A stretch of 18,359 nt of DNA from Deltaproteobacteria bacterium (GTDB lineage Bacteria; Myxococcota_A; Polyangia; Polyangiales; Houyiibacteriaceae): assembly GCA_034670305.1 (NCBI GenBank), contig JAXMNT010000085.1, positions 1 through 18,359 on the forward strand, given 5' to 3'. Positions 7,889 to 18,359 of this stretch are shown here, in pieces (within the stretch, counting starts at the first letter, position 1; every line of letters starts with the position of its first letter). The position numbers and the translations under genes are program-made. Below the pieces are notes generated by a model. It saw nothing but the letters and a program-made list of their open reading frames with translations. It had not been told where the DNA came from and did no database searches.

Positions 7889-8335
7889 ATGGAGCTGCGC
7901 CGCATCCTCATTCCCGCCGCTGGCCTGACCGGGATCGTCGCACTCTACGTGGGGGTCGACGCGCTCGTGGAGTCGCCGGAAGAAGCGCTCGAGGCGATCG
8001 CCGAGGACTTCCAAGGCTCCGTGGACCCCGACCGGATTCAATCCGCACTCCGATGGTTCGAACCAGACCGTGTGCCGGTTGAGGTGACGGCGCGCGGACA
8101 AACGCGGGTGTACGGAAACGGCGCCGCGGACTCTTTGCGCAGGGACGCCCTGCGGTCGCTCGCCCCGATGATGGGTGAATCGCTCAACGCCCTTCGGTCC
8201 CACGTGGAAGTGGAAGAGGACGACGGGTCCATCCAACTGCAGCTCCTCACCAGTCGGGGCATGGCCAACGTGGCGCTGCGGCTGCGGCTGCGGAACGACG
8301 CCTGGAAGGTTTACCGAGTTCAAGTCACCCGCTGA
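7889..8335 (+). CDS. Hypothetical N-terminally membrane-anchored protein, possibly NTF2-like fold
   Basis: 148 aa filling the gap between terminator and convergent gene; N-terminal hydrophobic helix (ILIPAAGLTGIVALYVGV); helices then strands ending in WKVYRVQV, which is reminiscent of NTF2/SnoaL-like proteins (inference). Confidence 0.72.
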   Translation: MELRRILIPAAGLTGIVALYVGVDALVESPEEALEAIAEDFQGSVDPDRIQSALRWFEPDRVPVEVTARGQTRVYGNGAADSLRRDALRSLAPMMGESLNALRSHVEVEEDDGSIQLQLLTSRGMANVALRLRLRNDAWKVYRVQVTR

Positions 8336-8374
8336 TCCGGTGACGGTCGGGCCCAACGCTGGGTCGCCAGCCCA

Positions 8375-10792
8375 TCAGCGCAGATCGTCGGAGTGGGAAT
8401 CGGAGTCGTCGTTGTCGCTGGCCTCTCCGGGATCGAACTCGTCCTCCCCATCCGAAATCGGGTTGCCGTCCATGTCGAGCCATCCATCGCCGACGCGGCC
8501 GCTCGCGAATGGAAGGTCCCCCGCGCGACCGTTCAGAACCCGGCGGGCGACGGACCCACCCGGCCGATAGAACGTGAACGACTCGAGCTGTGCGAGCCCT
8601 TCTTGAAGCGCCACTTCGTCGATGCGGTTGCGTGATTGAAGGTGCCGCAAGAACCGTTCGGTACGGTTTCTCATCGCGCGCGTGAGCGAACCGCGCTCGT
8701 AGCTGGTGTAGTACCCCTTGGGGTTGGGAAGCAGGCAGGCCAAGTACGCAGCCTCCGCCGCCGAGAGCTCCGACGCGGGCCGCCCGAAGTAGTGATCCGC
8801 CGCGTGGGTGATCCCGTAGATGCTCGGTCCGTACTCGATGATGTTCAGGTACAGCTCGAGGATCTCCGACTTGTCGAGCGCGCTCTCGAGCCACCAGGTG
8901 AGGATCACCTCGTGCACCTTGCGGGCAAGGGTCTTTTCTCGATGCAGAAAGAGGTTCTTGGCGAGCTGCATGGTGATCGTACTGGCGCCGCGCACGAACC
9001 GGCCCTCTTCCAGGTTCCGGATGAGGGCTTCGCGCATGGACCCAACCGAGAACCCGTCGTGGCGAAAGAAGCCGGCGTCTTCGTGTCCCACCACCGCCTG
9101 TACGAGGAAGGGGCTGATCGCGTGCACACTGGTCCAGTTCGAGGAGCCCGGCCCAGCCGTCATCTCGAACACGCTCTCGTCCGGTTCTCGGACCCGATGC
9201 ACGAACGGCCCGCGAAAACGTCGGAGATCGGCGGGCGGCGGGACCGTGACGAACCGGCAACCATTCGCGACCCGGATCTCGAGCTCGGTGTCCTGGAGCG
9301 CGGTCGAGTCCACCTGGACCCGAGCCCGCCCACCGATGCGCCCATCCCACGCGAATCCGCTCAGCTCGGCCATCAAATCCCGAGGAATCGCCGCCATGGC
9401 TTCGTCGCAGGCGGTCGACGGCATGTTCGCGCGCAGGTCGATGCGGTAGTTGGGGGACAGTCGTTGGAGTTCACCCTGGATCCGAACCGATGCGCCGGCC
9501 GAGACCAAGGTCGCTTCTTCGATGGTCAGCAGACGATCGTCCGGTCGCCACCGCGCCTGACCCTGCGCTTCCAGCCCGAGCCCTGCCACCGGCCGTGGAC
9601 TCACCCGCGCGTCCTGAATGCCGACGTTCCGGATCGCCACGCGCCCCTCGAGCTCCACTTCCGCCGGAGACGCGGCCCGAAGTGAGAGTTCGCCGTCCAC
9701 GGTCGCCATCTCGGGCTGCCACCAAGGAAGATCAGGCAGCACGGGGACCAAGAGCGCGAACGGCACGCCTACGAGGGTGACCGAACCCCGTCCTCGCACC
9801 GCCGCGGGTTCGAGTTCGAGATCGGCCTGGACCTCGCCATCCTCTGCCGTGCCCTGGATCTTCACTTCGAGGGTGCCTCCCCGGCGGGTGATGTCGAGCC
9901 CGACCCCATGCAGCAGTTGGCTCTCGCCCCGCAGCGCCTGTGAATCCGTCAGGTGTACCGAGCCCCCGTCGGCCAGGCGTTGCATCCAAGCCGGTGTGGC
10001 ATCGGGGTTCTCTTCCTCAGGCTCAGGTTCAGCCGAGGACATGGGCAGGCCGGCGCGGATCGTCCGCAGCCGAGCGATCGTCTCGCGGTGTTCTCCAACG
10101 AACAGCCGCAGCCCGTCCGCCTCGACCTCGGACACCGCAATGGGCCGTTCGAGAGGAAGCGCCACCGAGCCGGTGCGAATCTCCAGGCGATCCGATCCTT
10201 CTGAGCCAAGCGACACCCCCGCGGCGGTCAAACGCAGGATGCCATCGGCGACCGAGATGGTTCCGGACGCGCTCATCAACGGTCCTTCCGCATCCAACAC
10301 GGCCACGGTGCCGTCGTACACATCGATGCGGGGAAGTTGAGACCGGCTGGCTGGTGGGGGATCCGCGGCTGCGCCCGCCGGTTCGGCCTCCTCTGGGAAG
10401 AGCTCGCTCAGGCGGTGGGCTTGCAGCGACACCCGAACGCCCGAAACCTCCACGTGTTCTACCGAGCCCCGCGGATCGGAGGCCAGACCGAACAACGAAC
10501 CAAGGACCCCGACCCGATCCAGCTGCATCGAGAGCGGATCCGCGGCTCCCCCGATCGAGAAGCCCTCCACCACGAAACCATTCCATCGGAGGCTCACCGA
10601 CTCGCAGCTCGACTCGAGACCCAACTTGCTCTGGACGATCCCGTGAAGGCGGCGTTCGATCTTCGCCGGCACGACAAAGAACCACCCGACCAGGATCACG
10701 ATGACGAGGGTGGTCATCAAGCCGAGGCCAATGCGCCAGCGCCAAGAGATCCGAAGTTTGGTCCGAACGGACAAAGCGACGGAGTATTTCAC
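8375..10792 (-). CDS. Monofunctional peptidoglycan transglycosylase (GT51, MtgA-like) with long beta-rich N-terminal extension
   Basis: GT51 motifs EDAGFFRHDG, GASTITMQLAKNLF, RKVHE, KSEILELYLN and AAYLACLLPNP in the C-terminal third; no transpeptidase domain; N-terminal TM helix; acidic tail. GTG start uncertain. Confidence 0.9.
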   Translation of the reverse strand: MKYSVALSVRTKLRISWRWRIGLGLMTTLVIVILVGWFFVVPAKIERRLHGIVQSKLGLESSCESVSLRWNGFVVEGFSIGGAADPLSMQLDRVGVLGSLFGLASDPRGSVEHVEVSGVRVSLQAHRLSELFPEEAEPAGAAADPPPASRSQLPRIDVYDGTVAVLDAEGPLMSASGTISVADGILRLTAAGVSLGSEGSDRLEIRTGSVALPLERPIAVSEVEADGLRLFVGEHRETIARLRTIRAGLPMSSAEPEPEEENPDATPAWMQRLADGGSVHLTDSQALRGESQLLHGVGLDITRRGGTLEVKIQGTAEDGEVQADLELEPAAVRGRGSVTLVGVPFALLVPVLPDLPWWQPEMATVDGELSLRAASPAEVELEGRVAIRNVGIQDARVSPRPVAGLGLEAQGQARWRPDDRLLTIEEATLVSAGASVRIQGELQRLSPNYRIDLRANMPSTACDEAMAAIPRDLMAELSGFAWDGRIGGRARVQVDSTALQDTELEIRVANGCRFVTVPPPADLRRFRGPFVHRVREPDESVFEMTAGPGSSNWTSVHAISPFLVQAVVGHEDAGFFRHDGFSVGSMREALIRNLEEGRFVRGASTITMQLAKNLFLHREKTLARKVHEVILTWWLESALDKSEILELYLNIIEYGPSIYGITHAADHYFGRPASELSAAEAAYLACLLPNPKGYYTSYERGSLTRAMRNRTERFLRHLQSRNRIDEVALQEGLAQLESFTFYRPGGSVARRVLNGRAGDLPFASGRVGDGWLDMDGNPISDGEDEFDPGEASDNDDSDSHSDDLR

Positions 10793-10969
10793 CCTTTTCG
10801 GGGAAGGAAAGGCGCCGACTCAAACGAGTTTCTCGGGCGAATTCACCGTTCACAGCTCCGGAGCCGGAGCAATGTTGTTCCTCACGGCCCGAGCCGAGCG
10901 GATGGCGCGGAATCGGCCAAAACACGGACGATTCTCACCTCGCACCAGTCGGGAGAGCACCCTGAACTT

Positions 10970-11011
10970 AAAAAGTGAAACCCCATTAGGACGAATCCTA
11001 ATGGGGTTTCA
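10970..11011 (-). terminator. Rho-independent terminator of the rRNA operon
   Basis: Perfect 16-bp inverted repeat (10976-10991 / 10996-11011) with a UUCG loop on the minus strand, followed by CUUUUU, immediately after the 5S gene. Confidence 0.92.
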
Positions 11012-11015
11012 TAAA

Positions 11016-11132
11016 TCCGGCGGCGTCCTACTCTCCCACAGGGCTGCCCCTGCAGTACCATCGGCTCTGGAGGGCTTGACTTCCGAGTTCGGGATGGGAT
11101 CGGGTATGACCCCTCCGACATAGCCACCGAAA
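11016..11132 (-). rRNA. rrf: 5S ribosomal RNA
   Basis: Minus strand contains CCCATCCCGAACTCGGAAGTCAAGC, GCCGATGGTACT and GGGAGAGTAGGACGCCGCC; about 117 nt; ends within a few nt. Confidence 0.97.
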
Positions 11133-11277
11133 TGCGTAGAAGCGTCTTCTCTTCGTGTTTTCGCGAGGAGGTTGGAGCGGCAGCTCGCCAACTAAGGCGT
11201 CACTGCATCACGTGGATACCACGTGAGCTCATGCTTCCAACCCTGAACTCGAATCGCTCGACTCGTACCTTAGAAAT

Positions 11278-14289
<3,012 letters not shown>

Positions 14290-14443
14290 GTATCCCTAAG
14301 GCACGATTCGTTTGATTCGAGTCCAGGGTTGGCTTCAAGAGCCAAATCCTGGTACTCGCGACTACGAAGAGACTCTAGAATCTTCTTCATCACAGAGCTG
14401 AGCTCTGTATGAAGAGACTTTCGTTTCTTCTACGCACTTGTTT

Positions 14444-14458
14444 AGTTTTCAAAGAATC
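14444..14458 (-). promoter_or_regulatory. Spacer boxA antitermination element
   Basis: Minus strand GATTCTTTGAAAACT between tRNA-Ala and 23S, the usual position and sequence type of spacer boxA. Confidence 0.75.
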
Positions 14459-14575
14459 GTGTGAGAGGGACTTTTCCCTCGGTGCTACGGACGAACCTGT
14501 CGTCGGCAGAACCCAAGAAAATGTCCTTGGTGGAGCTCATGCTTCCCGGCGTACCGGGAGTGGCAGAAGTTCGGG

Positions 14576-14648
14576 TGGAGCTGACCGGTCTCGAACCGGT
14601 GACCCCCGGCTTGCAAAGCCGGTGCTCTCCCAACTGAGCTACAGCCCC
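14576..14648 (-). tRNA. tRNA-Ala (TGC), CCA not encoded
   Basis: GGGGCTGTAGCTCAGTTGGGAGAGCACCGGCTTTGCAAGCCGGGGGTCACCGGTTCGAGACCGGTCAGCTCCA; G3:U70 alanine identity pair; followed by CCC. Confidence 0.97.
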
Positions 14649-14680
14649 GATGTCGCCACCGCCCTTGCGGTTGGCATTAG

Positions 14681-14754
<74 letters not shown>

Positions 14755-14924
14755 ATTCGGACCCGTTTAGGACGGTGTCCTGAGGGTACTCTCACACGGT
14801 TTGTCAGAGAACCTACTGTCGGTCCCTGAAAACTGAACCGGAAACTCACTCTATGTATCCCACTGAAGGGCGTCGATGCGGTTGACCGAAGAACTTGTCT
14901 CGGGACTTTCGTCTCGAGAAAGAA

Positions 14925-16491
<1,567 letters not shown>

Positions 16492-16667
16492 AAACTTTTG
16501 AGTTTGTTATCCTGGCGATTCGTTTTCCCTTTGCAGAAGTTCATCCGAAGAATCCCTTCGCTCGGGGGCGTTTCGCCTTTGGATACAGGTGTTCTCAATC
16601 GCTTGGCCTGTTCCGAGGAACAGACGATTCGATTGAGCCCGCATCGCACTTTTGTGGAGTGAGCTCC

Positions 16668-16686
16668 GATTCAGTTTTCAAGGGCC
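16668..16686 (-). promoter_or_regulatory. Leader boxA-like element / 5' arm of the 16S processing stem
   Basis: Minus strand GGCCCTTGAAAACTGAATC; pairs with GGTTCAGTTTTCAGGGACC (14821-14839) downstream of 16S at 18 of 19 positions including G:U. Confidence 0.8.
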
Positions 16687-16718
16687 GAGTTGGTGACTCG
16701 GTGTCACAAAGGATCGGA

Positions 16719-16747
16719 AGTTTAGGTCCGACCCGTAGTCCTGTCAA
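16719..16747 (-). promoter_or_regulatory. rrn promoter, most proximal (sigma70-type)
   Basis: TTGACA (16747-16742), 17-bp spacer, TAAACT (16724-16719). Confidence 0.75.
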
Positions 16748-16786
16748 GGCTGCCAGCGTCGTTCCGCTGGGCCGTCAGGGGCGCGC

Positions 16787-16814
16787 ACTCTAGCGTGCTC
16801 CGTGAGGCAGTCAA
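16787..16814 (-). promoter_or_regulatory. rrn promoter (sigma70-type, GC-rich discriminator, A-rich UP-like tract)
   Basis: TTGACT (16814-16809), 16-bp spacer, TAGAGT (16792-16787), then GCGCGCCC; AAAAGAAAAAGG just upstream. Confidence 0.8.
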
Positions 16815-16893
16815 CCTTTTTCTTTTGGCTGTCGGCGTTTTGCCGTCCGGCTCGTGGCCGTTCCGGCTTTTCCGCCGGTCCGTCAGGGCGCGC

Positions 16894-16921
16894 ACTCTAG
16901 CGGGCACCGTCGGGCAGTCAA
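16894..16921 (-). promoter_or_regulatory. rrn promoter (sigma70-type, GC-rich discriminator)
   Basis: TTGACT (16921-16916), 16-bp spacer, TAGAGT (16899-16894), then GCGCGCCC; near-duplicate of the promoter 107 bp downstream. Confidence 0.8.
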
Positions 16922-16991
16922 CCTCTTATTGTCAGTCTCTTTGCTGCTTTTTGGGGCCCCCGAAGGGCCTCCGCAGCGCCGAGGGACCCCG

Positions 16992-17019
16992 TGTCTAGCA
17001 TCGGCCATTCGGGTGTCAA
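16992..17019 (-). promoter_or_regulatory. Candidate distal rrn promoter
   Basis: TTGACA (17019-17014), 16-bp spacer, TAGACA (16997-16992); the -10 lacks the final conserved T. Confidence 0.5.
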
Positions 17020-17157
17020 ATCAGATCAGCCAAACGGGTCGAAAAAAGATCGGCGTGGATCGCAGCTCCCGCAAAACATGGGGTGTCGTGGAGGGGCAGG
17101 GTTCGATTTCCTGCGATCCGGAGCCGGTCGAGGGCGGCACGGAGGGGCCGAGAACGG

Positions 17158-18180
17158 TCATTCGAGCGGTAGGCTCCACACCTCGTCCCCGTGGGCCAGT
17201 TCGAGGTGCTCCAGATCCGCGGCTTCGACCGCGATTTCGTCGCCGTCAACGGTGGCGGGGACCGCTTGAGCCCGGAACCAGGGCGCCTGCGCATACGAGA
17301 CGCCCAGAAGCGCCCGTTTGGTGGCCGGTACGGACGGAGCCACCAGCTGCCGACGCGCCGTGCGCCGAATCAGAGTGATTTCGTCGGTGGCAGCAGCGAA
17401 ATGTGGGCCTCCGTCGAAGGGATCGATGCGGTTCACGTACCGAAACCCAATGCGGCGCAGGAGTTTCTCGACGCCTTTGGTCTGTGGGCCCACCTGGCCC
17501 ACCACGCTCTGGGCCTCCTTCGAGAGCAGCGAGACGTAGATGTCCCCATCCGGAAAGAGGCCCTTGATGAACTCCTTGTTGCGCTTCGAGAGCCGATCCG
17601 CCTCCCGGTAGGTCATTCCGGTGAAGTGACGTCCCACCGCTTCCCACAGATGGCTCCGTCCGTCGGCCTCGAGCGGCGGCAGGAGCTCGGCCAGCACGAA
17701 GTTCTGGAACCGCGCCCGGTGCATGGCGATCCACAGGAACCGAACGTAGCTGATCTGCATGCCCAGGCGCTCTCGCACCCGGCGGGAGTCGGGATGTATG
17801 ACCAAGCCGCCGAGCTCGGTGGGCCCATCGTAGGAGTAACCGATCGACAGCACCTGGTGCTTGAAGAGGCTGTCGAGGGTGCGGCTGTACCGCTCCTCGG
17901 TTTGAACCTGGAAGTAGATGTACGGGGCGTCCCGCCGGCCGAGCTGGGCGAGCACGAGCGAGCTGCCCACGGCGCGGTCGGCATCCAGGTCCCGAAGCAC
18001 GAATCGGTACTCGTGGTGGGTCGGGTCCTCGATCTGCCCCCCGAACGACCGGTCGGACTTCTCGATGATCGGCGCGATCTCCGCCTCGTCGGCCGGGAGG
18101 TTCACCGAGTCGAGGTGGTGCGCGAGCTCGATGAGGTCGCCTGAATCGGCGCCGGTGACCGCTCGGATTTCGAAAGGCAT
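17158..18180 (-). CDS. astA: Arginine N-succinyltransferase
   Basis: 340 aa with AstA motifs: IRAV...DLIELA, NLP, SDRSF, YRFVLRD, GPTELGGLVIHP, SYVRFLWIA, VLAELL, LWEAVGRHFTGMTYREADRLS, KEFIKGLFP, IDPFDGGP. Confidence 0.92.
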   Translation of the reverse strand: MPFEIRAVTGADSGDLIELAHHLDSVNLPADEAEIAPIIEKSDRSFGGQIEDPTHHEYRFVLRDLDADRAVGSSLVLAQLGRRDAPYIYFQVQTEERYSRTLDSLFKHQVLSIGYSYDGPTELGGLVIHPDSRRVRERLGMQISYVRFLWIAMHRARFQNFVLAELLPPLEADGRSHLWEAVGRHFTGMTYREADRLSKRNKEFIKGLFPDGDIYVSLLSKEAQSVVGQVGPQTKGVEKLLRRIGFRYVNRIDPFDGGPHFAAATDEITLIRRTARRQLVAPSVPATKRALLGVSYAQAPWFRAQAVPATVDGDEIAVEAADLEHLELAHGDEVWSLPLE

Positions 18181-18237
18181 GGCTCGCAGGCTGCTGCAAA
18201 ACGCCCCGGCGCGCTACGGGCGACGGACGGCCTCGCT

Positions 18238-18263
18238 AGCAGGTCGCTGAAAAGCGACCTGCT
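18238..18263. repeat. Perfect 11-bp palindrome (REP/MITE-end-like hairpin)
   Basis: AGCAGGTCGCT-GAAA-AGCGACCTGCT, with no flanking U tract. Confidence 0.75.
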
Positions 18264-18299
18264 CCCTTGCCGTTGCCCTTGCCCGTGCCCTTGCCCGCG
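18264..18299. repeat. Degenerate hexamer tandem repeat, six units
   Basis: CCCTTG CCGTTG CCCTTG CCCGTG CCCTTG CCCGCG, directly abutting the palindrome. Confidence 0.75.
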
Positions 18300-18359
18300 T
18301 CGTGGACGCCGTGTGTTTCGCGACGGCGAGGCGCGAATCGGAGCGCGATGCCCAGCGGA

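Noticed and set aside
16943-16977. GC hairpin with adjacent T tract as a terminator between astA and rrn
   Set aside because: The T tract lies on the wrong side for either strand (the minus-strand hairpin is followed by A's); it is more likely a leader hairpin or UP-like A tract.
17191-18199. Two 317-aa ORFs overlapping astA
   Set aside because: Alternative and antisense frames of a gene with clear AstA motifs.
18264-18299. CRISPR-like array
   Set aside because: Units are 6 nt with no spacers; no CRISPR repeat-spacer structure or cas gene is seen in the window.

Overview
GC-rich window that looks like a myxobacterial (Myxococcota, probably Polyangia/Sandaracinaceae-like) chromosome; this assignment is inferred from gene content and 16S appearance, not from a search. 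In order: the 3' end of an IS110-family element ending 1 bp from the stop codon of tmk; a minus-strand run of a six-PEGA-repeat/beta-barrel protein, a small beta-barrel protein, an ECF sigma factor and a FecR/TPR anti-sigma factor, followed by tmk; a divergent DUF2330 surface protein with a terminator and a small membrane-anchored protein; a large monofunctional GT51 transglycosylase with a long AsmA-like N-terminal region; a complete minus-strand rRNA operon (16S, tRNA-Ile, tRNA-Ala, 23S, 5S) with four tandem sigma70-like promoters, boxA elements, processing stems and a terminator; astA; and a palindrome plus hexamer repeat at the right edge. The most interesting items are the putative surface-signalling cassette with no TonB-dependent receptor, the AsmA-like/transglycosylase fusion, the IS110 end, the four-promoter rrn array and a 14-nt motif shared by two rrn spacers. 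Domain calls come from motif recognition by eye; no HMM, BLAST or folding program was run.
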